Shown piece after piece: positions 53,498 to 64,000 of a stretch of 64,000 bases of DNA (position 1 is its first letter; each line of letters opens with the position of its first letter). This stretch comes from Paramoeba atlantica (taxonomy: Eukaryota; Protista; Discosea). The notes under the pieces are model-generated. The model searched no databases. It was not told the origin of the DNA and worked only from the letters and a program-made list of their open reading frames with translations. The stretch lies in assembly GCA_977017575.1 (NCBI GenBank), contig CDRNVI010000030.1, positions 806,001 to 870,000 of the forward strand. The letters run 5' to 3'. The position numbers and the translations under genes were made by a program.

Positions 53498-54547
53498 TTA
53501 ATCAAATTTGAGGTCTTTTTCAAAAGGAGTGTTGTGACGTAAATGCCAAGGAAAAAGAAAAAAATATAGGATGTACGTCGCGTGGTTAAATTTACCAGGT
53601 TGCTCCACAGCTTTGGGACAAGTTCCAAGTGTTGAAACAATATTGTTTAAAATTTCATCCGTGCTGAGAAATTTCTCTGCGACTGAGTATCCCTCCGTAG
53701 ATTTAGAAACGCTGTGCTTTTTTATCGAAAAAAACACAGATGGAAGTTTGTGCCAAATACCCAAAAAAAGATCGCAGGCGTGAGCGTTTGATGTGTAGTA
53801 GAATTCTCGAGTCGTTTTATCCAAGCATAACATATGCAAATGCCAAGCGGTAAAAATACTAAGCGCCAGTGATACTGACCCACATAGAAAAAGACAGAAA
53901 CGAAGCAAAGGAGAAGCCAGAACAACACTACCTGATACCTTGTGATAAAGATGGGATGCACACGCTCGTTCGTGGTACGTCATCCATTCAAGAAAAATCC
54001 CCATCAGCAAAATCGTGCAATAAGTAGTAAAGGTCCATAAATATATTATAAAGAGAATAAAGTACTTAAAATTGAGTATCCCGACGCATTGGTTGATCCA
54101 AAAACAGTGGTGATCTCTGCGTGATATACAATACCCACAAATGTAACAGTGCCAAGCTCGAGAGGGAATCAAATCTGTTGGACGACATTCTGTACAAAAA
54201 TGAGTATTTGCCCATGTTTGCGACAGTTTCACAATAGGTGCTTTATGCCCAGTTGCTGACTCATAAGCTACTTTTCCGGGGTTTGTAAAAATAGCAAAAA
54301 CGTAACTCATCAGCATTCCGTAGGAAAAAATACCAAGGAGCAAGTAATGCACACCACGTGATATGTGACTTGATTGAACACATATGGAAGGTGAGATTAG
54401 AAACCAAAATACGTAGAGCACAAGACACATGAGAATGGTAGCAAAAAAGATACTAAACACGCCAAAGAGGAAACCAAGCCATGAATACAGCTTTGTGATG
54501 CAAATTTTCTTCCTACCTGATATGGTAGCAGAAAATAGCTTTTTCAT
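53498..54547 (-). CDS. DHHC-type protein S-palmitoyltransferase
   Basis: C..C...P.RA.HC..CG.CI.R.DHHC.W...CVG..N.KYF; TM helices; TTRE. Confidence 0.95.
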   Translation of the reverse strand: MKKLFSATISGRKKICITKLYSWLGFLFGVFSIFFATILMCLVLYVFWFLISPSICVQSSHISRGVHYLLLGIFSYGMLMSYVFAIFTNPGKVAYESATGHKAPIVKLSQTWANTHFCTECRPTDLIPSRAWHCYICGYCISRRDHHCFWINQCVGILNFKYFILFIIYLWTFTTYCTILLMGIFLEWMTYHERACASHLYHKVSGSVVLASPLLRFCLFLCGSVSLALSIFTAWHLHMLCLDKTTREFYYTSNAHACDLFLGIWHKLPSVFFSIKKHSVSKSTEGYSVAEKFLSTDEILNNIVSTLGTCPKAVEQPGKFNHATYILYFFLFPWHLRHNTPFEKDLKFD

Positions 54548-54881
54548 GCAAAAACGTTGTAAGGCTATGACTCAACAACGCATAACTCAACATTGCATCA
54601 CGTCAGGTGTTTTGCAAAGTTATTCTGCACCCCTTCATTGTAACATGATTCGCGATAAAACCATAAAAATAATTGTACGTGCATTTCGTTTTACAGATCT
54701 GCTGCCAAAGCGTACTCGATTGGTCAAAGAAACATACTCCTTATGTCACTAAAAACAAATTTTCATTATAAGACATACCAAGCGCCTAGAATCCCTTTTA
54801 CCCCAAAAACTGTTTTGATTGGCTTATACACCTACGATAACATCAAAAGTTATATTTTTTCACATTGCTTCGCTTACTATC

Positions 54882-55676
54882 TTACTCTTCAAGAATTTGG
54901 TGATCTGTGAGTGCTGGGTGAAAATCCTCACTTTGAATATCTGGAATAAAAGATGAAAACTGATTCTGCGTTAAGTCAAGTAGGAAAAGAGAAACAGGAA
55001 GAGTAGTCATATTCACTGCACCACTTAAACGGTTGTTTGATAGCTTTATTTCCATAATCGTTTCTGGTAAAGTACTCAAATCGATGCTTCCGGTGAATCG
55101 ATTGCCGGAAAGTTTGAGGAGTTGTATTTTTGGCGGAAGTGAACGCAGGTCAAGAGTGCCAGAAAAATTACAATTGTTGAGCTCAAGTGCAACAAGCGAG
55201 GACGGAAGTGCCGAAAGGTCGACTGGCCCCACAAACTCGTTATTCGAAAGATAAACATCTGTGAGTTCTTCAGGCCATTGATCAACGTTAATTTCCCCAT
55301 TAAATCGATTGTGCAATAAATACAAAGCTCTCAGTTCACGAGGAAGCGATTCGAACGGGACGGAACCGAAAAGTATGTTGTTCGCAAGCGACAGATGCTT
55401 TAGACTACTTGGTAGACATGAGAAGTTAACTTCCCCAGTCAGTAACATGTAACTCCATGTAATTTCTTGCACGTATCCTTGGTCGTTGCAGTACACGCCA
55501 CTCCACTTACACCCTGGGACGGACGTGTTCCACGACGAATGTCTTTTTTGCACAATACCTCTCACGACACGGTCCAAATCATACTCAACAGGGAGAGAGG
55601 CGCCACGAATTTTACCAACGCGTCCGGTTGTGACTTCCGCGCCCAGGACATAGAAGTACTGAGTCAGGAAAGGCAT
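54882..55676 (-). CDS. Small LRR family protein
   Basis: CKWSGVYC cap; LRRs. Confidence 0.85.
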   Translation of the reverse strand: MPFLTQYFYVLGAEVTTGRVGKIRGASLPVEYDLDRVVRGIVQKRHSSWNTSVPGCKWSGVYCNDQGYVQEITWSYMLLTGEVNFSCLPSSLKHLSLANNILFGSVPFESLPRELRALYLLHNRFNGEINVDQWPEELTDVYLSNNEFVGPVDLSALPSSLVALELNNCNFSGTLDLRSLPPKIQLLKLSGNRFTGSIDLSTLPETIMEIKLSNNRLSGAVNMTTLPVSLFLLDLTQNQFSSFIPDIQSEDFHPALTDHQILEE

Positions 55677-56019
55677 ACCGTGAGCGTTTGTTGTGATGAT
55701 TTACAAACTGTACGGTAAAATAAATGGTTTCTAAAGCTCTATTTGAAAAGGTAAATAATTATTAGGAGGAAATGATATCTTTGTAATTGACAACCATAAA
55801 TCGTATGAGTGGAAGATACATATAAAACAATAAGCAAAAACAAAGTAGAAAATTAGTCATAGTTATACATTGCTATGGATGATAGCGCCAAGTGGTATTG
55901 TCCTTTGAATTTCATGCCCTCTCTATGGCTCGTAGTCGAAAAAAGAACTCATGGTGAGACTGACTAACACTAATTGGAGCCGCATAACTTCCCAAATACT
56001 GTTCGAAACAACATCTGTT

Positions 56020-56820
56020 CTAAACACTGTTCGAAATGTCATCTTTCTGGGGAAGAAACATCACTACGCGAGGCAAAGTTCCCTGCGGTTCATATCCACT
56101 GAAAAGGTTCATTCGAAGATCTATTTGAGGTGGATCAATGTATTTCCCCATACAATATTCGGTAAGATCAAGTACACCAGTAAATTCATTTGCTCCCAAA
56201 TAAATTTTGCTTAGACTGGGAGAAAGAATGCCTATTTTGAGCAACCCACCCAATTTATTTCCGGAAAGGGCTAGGAAGTTCATCGCAGGAGGAAGAAAGT
56301 CTAAAACAATGCCACCTGAAAATTTATTGCTGTTCGCAGAAAGCAAACGAAATCCAGGAGGAAGATTCATTAGATCGACTGTACCTGAAAGAGCATTATT
56401 GTTGATGAAGAATGAAACCATGGCAGGAGGGAGGGTCGTGAAATCTATTGCACCTGTATGCCTATCCCGATGATGGCTACACTGCACAGTCTCGATCGTT
56501 CGGGGAAGGAAATCCCATGTCAAATTTCCGTAAAAAGACACCAAATTTTTGTTCCAATTGAGTTCAACAATGCTTCCATTTAGATTACAACGAACACCGT
56601 CCCACTTACATACCGGGAGTTCTTTCGTTCCACCGAAAAGTGATCTTTTGCGTAGGTTCCATGAAGATGGACGGGAATGTACTTGATTGACGAATTGTTC
56701 CATCATAGATTCTTGTGACAATATACCGCTCCCTACTTTACTGGGACGTAAGTCGGCGCCATCATCTATATTTCGAACAAATACGACTTTCGGAATTGGT
56801 ACGTACTGCAGGAAAAGCAT
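56020..56820 (-). CDS. Small LRR family protein (subfamily of 1697-2509)
   Basis: FVRNIDDG.D.R, W.LRKRS.F, CKWDGVRC; LRRs. Confidence 0.85.
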   Translation of the reverse strand: MLFLQYVPIPKVVFVRNIDDGADLRPSKVGSGILSQESMMEQFVNQVHSRPSSWNLRKRSLFGGTKELPVCKWDGVRCNLNGSIVELNWNKNLVSFYGNLTWDFLPRTIETVQCSHHRDRHTGAIDFTTLPPAMVSFFINNNALSGTVDLMNLPPGFRLLSANSNKFSGGIVLDFLPPAMNFLALSGNKLGGLLKIGILSPSLSKIYLGANEFTGVLDLTEYCMGKYIDPPQIDLRMNLFSGYEPQGTLPRVVMFLPQKDDISNSV

Positions 56821-56932
56821 TTTAAATATCTCAAATAATTAATCAGAATTTTTAAGACAGAATCTGATGAGATAATTAAAAAAATGCTTTCATAAAGTAT
56901 CGTAAGGGGCCCGTAAAAGTACGACACGTTTT

Positions 56933-57636
56933 TTAAAAGAAAATCACAAACCCGGGGATTAGAAGACCAAAATACGTAAGGCTACGCATATTTTCAAATT
57001 TTGATACTTTGAAATCGCGCACCTCTACGCGGATACCTGGATTACGATTTAAACAAAGAAGTTTTAGAGATTTAGGGAGCGAATTCAACCCAACGTGCTC
57101 AGTCCAATAATTTTTGGCAAGACTTAAGAATACCATGCTAGCTGGAAGAAATTTAAACGGCAAGGGACCATAAAATTGATTCTCCTCTAAATTTAGCATG
57201 GTCACTTTCTTGGAAGTACTTCCAGAGGAAGCGTACAGTTAAGTTGGTTCCTGAATAGGTTAAGACTTTCTATCGTAGAAGGTAGTTGTTACCAAATACC
57301 GCACCCTCGAAGAAAAAGAGCGCGCCATATAATCCTTACGACCTCACCATTCCTATTGTTTTCAACGCCGAACCATGAAGAAGCTGGCACTTCATTTTTC
57401 CATGATGAATCAGGGTATTCGACATTCCGAACGAAACGTTAAAATTTGTATTCCACAGGAAGACAACTACTGTGGACTTTGCTGAGACGAGAAATATTCG
57501 AAGGTTTTTTCATGTGATCGCATAGACCTACAAAAAGCATTGCTATAACTATAAGATGGAAAAGAAGGGACGCTGCTTCAAATTTTCGTACTGAGGAAGA
57601 AATATACAACTGATCAAAAAAAGCACACCCCTCCAA
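56933..57636 (-). pseudogene. LRR pseudogene with two in-frame TAA stops
   Basis: CLPVEYKF*RFVRNV...W.GV...IW*QLPSTIESLNL...NQFYGPL. Confidence 0.8.
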
Positions 57637-57801
57637 TTACTACATTTTCGTATTATAATACATGAATGTAAAATTCTGGGTCTAATTACTATCACTGTGG
57701 TTACAGTACTCATAAATATTAATCCATAGAATTCGGAAGATAGATTAAGAGAAAACTATTAAGGAAAAACTATATGATCACCCCACGCACACGCAAAAAA
57801 T

Positions 57802-60231
57802 TTAAGCCTTGTAGCCCCTCCGTATCCGAAATTTAATATTCTTTTTAGCCTGCTGTCCGCGACGCCTATCTTTTTGCTTTTGAGAAAGCTGTTGCCGGCG
57901 ACGTACAGTGCTGCTACGCTGCGTCATAGAAAACAGTTTTCTTTTTCGACTTTCGCCATGAGTATGCGAACCGCTTCGCAAACTCTTCTTGTAGCCTATA
58001 GAATGTTTTTTTCGTTCTTCTTCTATTTGAGACTTTTTTTCCTCATATTGGATCGTGCGCTGCTTGTTGCTGTGTTTCTCAATGATTGAAGGATCAACAC
58101 TATCATTGGCTTGTAAATCAGATATGGTTAACACATGCTTTGCTATTGAATTTTTGCCTTTCTTTGCAGTATTTTGAATTTTTTTAATTTTGGAGAAGTC
58201 CTCGGAAGTAAGTAAAACCTCCCGCGCATCTAGTAACTCAGTAGAAGCTGGAGTTGGAACTTCGTCGTTGTTTTGTTCAATAATGGGTATTAGATCTGGC
58301 AATGATCCGGTATCAGATTCCCAGTATTCAGCAGAACTGTTGTCACTGCTATTTATTGAGTCCGTTGATTGCTGTAGAGCATCCGTATTAGTAGAAGCTA
58401 CTGAACTACATTCATATGTTTTCACCCCCTGGAGCACTCCCTTTTCTTCGATTTCATGGGGTGGCCTTTGAAAACTGCAACTCTCAGTCATGAAGGAGTT
58501 TGGATTGTCCTCAACAGCGGAATCAACTACCTCGCACTCTGCTTCTTGAAATGAATCACTGCCCCGTTCACAACCGGTTGACTCTTCGTGGTCAGTGTAT
58601 TCTGAGTTGAAAAACGAATCGTTTTCGTTTGATTGATATTCTAGTCCATCTTCTACAAGATTCTGTTCTTGAATGGCATTATTTCGACTCGCATTTAACA
58701 AATCTAAACCAGTAATTTGATCTAAAGGTGCAGCTTCACCGTATCGTTTGGGTGGAAAAATTGGCACTGTTTCCTTTGAACGTTTGCGATACTTGGGTGG
58801 GAGCATTTCGGGTTGAGTTTGACGATAAAATCGCAGCAAAGAACGGGCTGCTGAAGCAACCCCTGGTGATTGTCGATGCTTAACATAATCCAGTAAACTG
58901 TGGAGTACATCAGTTTCCATAGACCATGGTTGTCGTTTGCAGATTTCGCGAAGGGTGTTAATCCCAATTGTAATAGAGTCTGGTGTGGCTTTGTCGTGCA
59001 CAAAGTGACTGGTAATCGTTCGACACAAGGGTTGCAGTTCCTGCGGTGGAATCTCGTCGTGCACGGCCTCCACAGCCAAAGTAAGTATTAGAGTAACGTC
59101 ACGTTGATAAGGTTCTAAGTACCGCTGTAAATAACTGTAATACGGAAATAAGAGCACGCGATGCACACATATGATGCGAGATAATACTTGCATCATACGT
59201 AAGCGTACTTCAAAACGTTCCGTTGTCCGACGTAAAGTGGCGAAAAGTTTTTCAGCATATCCTTGTGGGTCACGCAACATTCGGATGGGATCATGCTGAG
59301 AAGGCAGCCCAGAAGAAAAGGAGTCTTGCTCCGACTCAGACGCATCGTTTGAAGCTCCAGCACGTTGTAGTACATGTTGTACAGACTTTTTAAGTTTCTG
59401 CTCCCTACCTCTCGTCTTTTTTCTTACCCTAAATGAGTGGTGCAGGGAGCCTACCTGTGTCTGCACGCCTTTCCTTTCCGCATCTGTGATATCTTTCTGA
59501 AGGGTATGCAACCGCCGTAGAAGAAAATATAGAGCAATTTTCACGACCCGACTGTGTTTCGAAAATACGGCCTGTGATATAAAATGCACCGAAAGTTCAT
59601 CTCTCCATCGTGGATTGCGACGATAAAGATCAATAAAAAGAAGTAATGCATAACGGGATGAAACTGGATCCTCTTCTTCAATCAAATCATTCACGTGGCA
59701 TTGCATGCTTTTCAGGGAGCGAGAGTTTCCAACCAAATCCCCGCGACACAAGTCGCTCGCAAGATGTCGAATGAGTAAGCGACGAAGATTCTTATCTGGC
59801 GCCGAAAGCATCGAGAGAAAGAAAGGTATTGTGTCGCTCGATAAAAGCAGTTTGCGGGAGCGTAAAGAGATCACTCCTTGCATCAAAGCTTGTATAATTT
59901 TCGGCGGATAGCGATTCAAACAAGGAAGCGATTTGGCGTTCAACCTAGCTGAAGTTTGGTGAGAAAAGTGAAACAGTTCATATACTAAGTGAAGCAACCG
60001 ACTAGGAACACCATCATGAACCTCGCGACAAACGTTGAACACAATATTAATAGAACTAATCATGGTATCTACAGGCACCGAAGCTGTACTTACCTTTAGT
60101 AGAGACAACAAAGCCTCAAAATGTGTGACATATTGTGCATACTCCTCGGCATAGCTTCCGGGATCCTTTCTCATTCGTTCCTGCAAAAGCTCTATAGATC
60201 CTGTAAATGGAAGCTCAAGGCTGCTGTTCAT
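57802..60231 (-). CDS. SDA1: Sda1 60S ribosome biogenesis factor
   Basis: LQ..MRKDP.SY.EE; HEAT-like body; YL.PYQRDVT; GINT.REIC.RQP; acidic region; basic C-terminus. Confidence 0.92.
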   Translation of the reverse strand: MNSSLELPFTGSIELLQERMRKDPGSYAEEYAQYVTHFEALLSLLKVSTASVPVDTMISSINIVFNVCREVHDGVPSRLLHLVYELFHFSHQTSARLNAKSLPCLNRYPPKIIQALMQGVISLRSRKLLLSSDTIPFFLSMLSAPDKNLRRLLIRHLASDLCRGDLVGNSRSLKSMQCHVNDLIEEEDPVSSRYALLLFIDLYRRNPRWRDELSVHFISQAVFSKHSRVVKIALYFLLRRLHTLQKDITDAERKGVQTQVGSLHHSFRVRKKTRGREQKLKKSVQHVLQRAGASNDASESEQDSFSSGLPSQHDPIRMLRDPQGYAEKLFATLRRTTERFEVRLRMMQVLSRIICVHRVLLFPYYSYLQRYLEPYQRDVTLILTLAVEAVHDEIPPQELQPLCRTITSHFVHDKATPDSITIGINTLREICKRQPWSMETDVLHSLLDYVKHRQSPGVASAARSLLRFYRQTQPEMLPPKYRKRSKETVPIFPPKRYGEAAPLDQITGLDLLNASRNNAIQEQNLVEDGLEYQSNENDSFFNSEYTDHEESTGCERGSDSFQEAECEVVDSAVEDNPNSFMTESCSFQRPPHEIEEKGVLQGVKTYECSSVASTNTDALQQSTDSINSSDNSSAEYWESDTGSLPDLIPIIEQNNDEVPTPASTELLDAREVLLTSEDFSKIKKIQNTAKKGKNSIAKHVLTISDLQANDSVDPSIIEKHSNKQRTIQYEEKKSQIEEERKKHSIGYKKSLRSGSHTHGESRKRKLFSMTQRSSTVRRRQQLSQKQKDRRRGQQAKKNIKFRIRRGYKA

Positions 60232-60410
60232 TGTGATGTTAGAAAAATTTATGAAAGTTGCGCTGCATATGATAAAAAGCTGTTAGCACATTAATTAACA
60301 TTAAGAGAGTACCAAATTAAATTATTTCAGATAAGAAATCGCATCTCGTTTTTATATGATGATGCTTATAGGCCGACCCTGTAATACATGAATAACTAAA
60401 CAAGGTAAGG

Positions 60411-60809
60411 CTATTTACTGTGCTCTTTATCGCCTGAATTGTTGTTCTTGAATTTATGAAGATCATTTATTAATTGATTGCTTTGTATTTGTAAAAGAGA
60501 CAGCACGGCAGTGTGGCGTAGCAAAACTAATCGAAGTGACGTAAGGAGCTTTGTATTTGTTAACTTTCCAGGCAGTGAGACGTCTTCTAAGAAATTAGAA
60601 ATTTCATTTTTTGATAAATTGTGGTCGTGTAATTCTTGAAAAACCTGTATACCCATCGCAAAAGAATATAACAACCGCAACCCACTTAAGACAGATAGAA
60701 CTGGCGGGTTCCCAAATTGAGTCAACATCGAATTAATAATTTCAAGGAAACTGTCGCTATTTTGTGCCTCCAGTCTATTTTTCAGTTCAATCGGCTCATG
60801 ATAAATCAT
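60411..60809 (-). CDS. Hypothetical helical protein
   Basis: 132-aa ATG ORF co-oriented with the cluster. Confidence 0.45.
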   Translation of the reverse strand: MIYHEPIELKNRLEAQNSDSFLEIINSMLTQFGNPPVLSVLSGLRLLYSFAMGIQVFQELHDHNLSKNEISNFLEDVSLPGKLTNTKLLTSLRLVLLRHTAVLSLLQIQSNQLINDLHKFKNNNSGDKEHSK

Positions 60810-61204
60810 ATGCGCTGTAAAACTCTAGTTGCACATCAAATAGTTATCAAATTATTCAATAAACTACAAAAAAATACTATCGAATTTGAAAAAGGGTTCA
60901 AACACGCAGGGCAAACAATTCTACTCTTAACACCCCGTTTCGCCAATATAGACGGCGCAGTTTAAGCGCTATCTCTGCTTTAACTATTATTACTTTTAGC
61001 AAGTTCGCCTCCAAAAGCGGAGGTGGTATTCAACGCGAGGGGCGCATCGATATGCCTTCTAAACTTAAAACAGCCACTGTATTATCCAGATGGCAAACAA
61101 GGTTGGTTATTAAAACTATTTAGATTTTTTTTGAGAAGCGGCGGACCAGAATATCCAAAAAAGGTAACGGTATATTAAGCAACACACCCATCAAGGCAAA
61201 CGAA

Positions 61205-62230
61205 TTAATCAGAATCTTTCCATATTAGACAACAGTGCCATAACAAAGGCACCGCGAACACAAGTCCTATTGCTATCACAGCGGGAGGACCGATAACAGG
61301 ACCTAATATAAACATTGCCACATCGCATAAAAGAATACACCCCAGAAGACTTGAAAAAATTCGCTTGCGCAGTAAGAAACGACCCAGGACATCTCTCCAG
61401 TCATCCTCTATAGGAGCAAGCACCCCGGAAACCTTCCCTTTGGATGACATACTCGAGCGCGTGCTCATGGAGGGGGAAGGCTCCACACGGGGACTTTCCC
61501 CATCCTCACCCACGCGCCGGTTTACCTCTGCCTCGCCGAGCACCCACTGCATCTCCTCCCCACTGTCCTCCACGCAGTACGGGAGCTTCCACGTGCCATG
61601 CCACATCACCTCATACCACGGACGAATGCGGTTGTGTTCCCACACGAAGGTGAGATTGATCCCGTCGAAGAACAGCGACGGGGGTGGAACCCACACACGG
61701 TCACTCGAGCGAAGTCGTGGAAACCTTTTCACCTCCATGGTTTCGGGGGGAAAGGTATTTCCCGGACGAGGGTCCGAGGCGTTGCTTTCGGAGGGTGAGG
61801 GCATACTGTGGGAGGACAACCCCCGCCACACGACGCGGTCAATAACCTGGCGAATGTCAAGTCTGCGGAACTCTTCGCGGCTCAGTGGGGTGAAGCCACG
61901 TATGAGGTGGAATCGTCGCAACAGGGGGACGAAGAGCTCTCGACAGCGCCCGGAGCGAGCACTTTCGCAGTAGGCACGAAACCCTGCTCGGTAGAATTCA
62001 TCAATCAAGGAGACGTCCAAGGTTTGTTCCGGGGGCAAGCGCATTCCGCACCAACCCTTGCGCTCAGGACAGAATTCTAAGACATCGATTGGTGGTTTCG
62101 GGATGGGAGAAAACTTTAGAGAACCAGCGTCCGCAGGGTTGACCCCGGAAAGGTGACTTAAGAGAAGGATTTGTGAGCACCAAAGTAAAAAACGCACCAC
62201 CCTCTCGATTGAGCAACAATGATCTATCAT
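61205..62230 (-). CDS. Hypothetical membrane protein
   Basis: 341 aa; N-terminal hydrophobic segment; two C-terminal TM helices. Confidence 0.7.
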   Translation of the reverse strand: MIDHCCSIERVVRFLLWCSQILLLSHLSGVNPADAGSLKFSPIPKPPIDVLEFCPERKGWCGMRLPPEQTLDVSLIDEFYRAGFRAYCESARSGRCRELFVPLLRRFHLIRGFTPLSREEFRRLDIRQVIDRVVWRGLSSHSMPSPSESNASDPRPGNTFPPETMEVKRFPRLRSSDRVWVPPPSLFFDGINLTFVWEHNRIRPWYEVMWHGTWKLPYCVEDSGEEMQWVLGEAEVNRRVGEDGESPRVEPSPSMSTRSSMSSKGKVSGVLAPIEDDWRDVLGRFLLRKRIFSSLLGCILLCDVAMFILGPVIGPPAVIAIGLVFAVPLLWHCCLIWKDSD

Positions 62231-62576
62231 TTATCTAAAAGAAAGAATACAGTCTTGCAGAATATCGAGGACATTGTTCATCAAAGTATGCAGCTTGCTC
62301 AACATAATCTACGATTTTGTTTTATGAATTACTTTCTAAAATGAATTTGTATGTTTACAGTATAGTTGGAGTGATTTTTCTTCCCCATCTTGTGCTGTTG
62401 AGCTTTTCATGTCAAGCATTACATTCTAAATTTTAGAGATATCTTAAATTCAGTAATATTTCTACTCGACTGATTACAACTATTCGACTGGTAAAAATTA
62501 TTTTAAAAAAGAATTATTGTAAAAATTATTGTGTCATCTCAAAATTTTACTCAAACTTTGGTCGTAGTACTGAATT

Positions 62577-63341
62577 CTAGTATATAAGGGCAATAAAACA
62601 GGAGAACAACGCAAAAACACAAACAATCAAAGCAATTATGATCAGATAGCGGTGATGCAAAGATGGAACAAAATCGATATCTTGATCAAATTGATTACCA
62701 GAAAAGGTCGCATGTACCAGTGATGGCGGAAGCAGAGTGACGTTCAGAGATCCCGAAAGCAGGTTATGCCTGACATCCAAGTATTCCAAATTAGGAGGAA
62801 GAAAGCGCAATTCCAAAGGTCCATTGAATTTGTTTTCATGAGCATCCAAATATCTAAGGGGTGCGGGGAGAGAAGTCAAGTCCATGAAGCCTTGTATGTT
62901 ATTTTTTGAGAGGGAGAGATGTCGCAAATTAGTCGGTAATTGTGTGAAATCGAGAGTTCCAAAAAAGTGGTTTCCATCTATCATAAGATATTCCAGCTGA
63001 GATGGAAGCTGCCAAGGAGACACTATGCCATTTAGCGAATGTGAACACAGGTTAATGTATCGCACGGAGCGAGGTAGGGCGCCCCACACGACGGTACCAT
63101 GGAGAGAGTTTGTCTCTTTTCCATATAGACTCGTAGAAGACCAATGTAGCGCCTCCACAACTCCATGCGGGGTACATCTTACACCTTTCCAAGTCCGTAT
63201 GTCCCTCTCAGGGTGCCATGAAATGGGAGTGCCGACCAGAAGTCGCACAAAAGTCCACATCTGCTCCCCCGGAGAATGCATCAGAGAGCGTCGGGACTTA
63301 CCAGCGCGACTGGCATGCACGGGAGGTGAGGATTCCTCCAT
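62577..63341 (-). CDS. LRR family protein with C-terminal TM anchor
   Basis: TWKGVRC cap; LRRs; YLIIIALIVCVFALFSCFIALIY tail. Confidence 0.85.
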   Translation of the reverse strand: MEESSPPVHASRAGKSRRSLMHSPGEQMWTFVRLLVGTPISWHPERDIRTWKGVRCTPHGVVEALHWSSTSLYGKETNSLHGTVVWGALPRSVRYINLCSHSLNGIVSPWQLPSQLEYLMIDGNHFFGTLDFTQLPTNLRHLSLSKNNIQGFMDLTSLPAPLRYLDAHENKFNGPLELRFLPPNLEYLDVRHNLLSGSLNVTLLPPSLVHATFSGNQFDQDIDFVPSLHHRYLIIIALIVCVFALFSCFIALIY

Positions 63342-63528
63342 AAAAATTCAACAAGGAGAGTGAAAACTTAAGATTAAAGGATAATTCAAACCTAAAAAAC
63401 GTACATTAAAAAAGGATATTGCAAACATGATGATATAGTAGTGTTTTGTCGATAGTACGGAAAGTGAGCCACTGATTTCTGCAGCCCCTTAATTATAAAT
63501 TGATAAGTTCTATCATTCGACTTTATGA

Positions 63529-63600
63529 AAATACACCTTCTTGTAATAGAATAAATACACCTTCTTGTAATAGAATAAATACACCTTCTTGTAATAGAAT
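63529..63600. repeat. Tandem repeat, 3 x 24 bp (AAATACACCTTCTTGTAATAGAAT)
   Basis: Direct reading. Confidence 0.9.
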
Positions 63601-64000
63601 AAGATACTTTTTGGTCAAAGGGGCATATTTTGTACCAAATATTTTTTTCAATGAAATTTCTCCCCGACGAGTAGAAAAAAGTTCTTAAACCTACAAAAAC
63701 ATTTTATCGTTCCTCATTAGTACTGTCCAGAAATATTACAAATGCTTGTATTGCGGGATTGCAATCACCTTTCACCTTCGCACAGCGCTGAAGAGTTTTT
63801 ACACATTCTAGGAAGGAATGCTCATCTCGTACGTCGATGGTGGGATTTAGTTCACTCAAATGTATCATACCCTTTGCAGTCGAAGCTCATATTGTTGCAC
63901 GAAATGTGATTTGAAAGGTGTTGCCAACTTTCTTTGCATAACGGTTCCTTCGTAATGAAAGATTCTAATAAATTATTAGAATTTATTCAAATACTATAAA

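Noticed and set aside
56933-57636. Two in-frame TAA codons at positions where paralogs often have E/D, suggesting stop-codon reassignment as in Blastocrithidia
   Set aside because: All long housekeeping ORFs in the window are free of in-frame stops and several end in TAA; simple pseudogenisation is sufficient.

Overview
Eukaryotic protist DNA that looks like a kinetoplastid, possibly Perkinsela-like (taxon is inferred). About 25 intronless host CDSs all lie on the minus strand like one polycistronic directional cluster, and only transposon-derived or degenerate ORFs lie on the plus strand. Recognisable genes are an acyl-protein thioesterase, SUA5, an FtsJ/MRM2-like methyltransferase, PARN, a CDK-related kinase, MSH5, PP4 catalytic subunit, a DHHC palmitoyltransferase and SDA1. 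There is also a 12-member family of small LRR genes and pseudogenes. Intergenic space is packed with mobile DNA: Tc1/mariner copies and MITEs, Merlin-like relics, a hAT-like ORF head-to-head with a Harbinger/IS5-like transposase, VIPER-like tyrosine-recombinase retroelement relics, and a non-autonomous family with asymmetric hairpin ends. The best candidate for an undescribed system is a pair of 500-570 nt non-coding retroposon-like inserts (2677-3245 on +, 11831-12328 on -). Each starts with the 3' two-thirds of a kinetoplastid-type spliced-leader exon plus the GTAC donor, continues through covarying hairpins, and ends in an A/C-rich tail. One of them interrupts an LRR gene. All homology calls come from motif recognition by eye; no searches were run.
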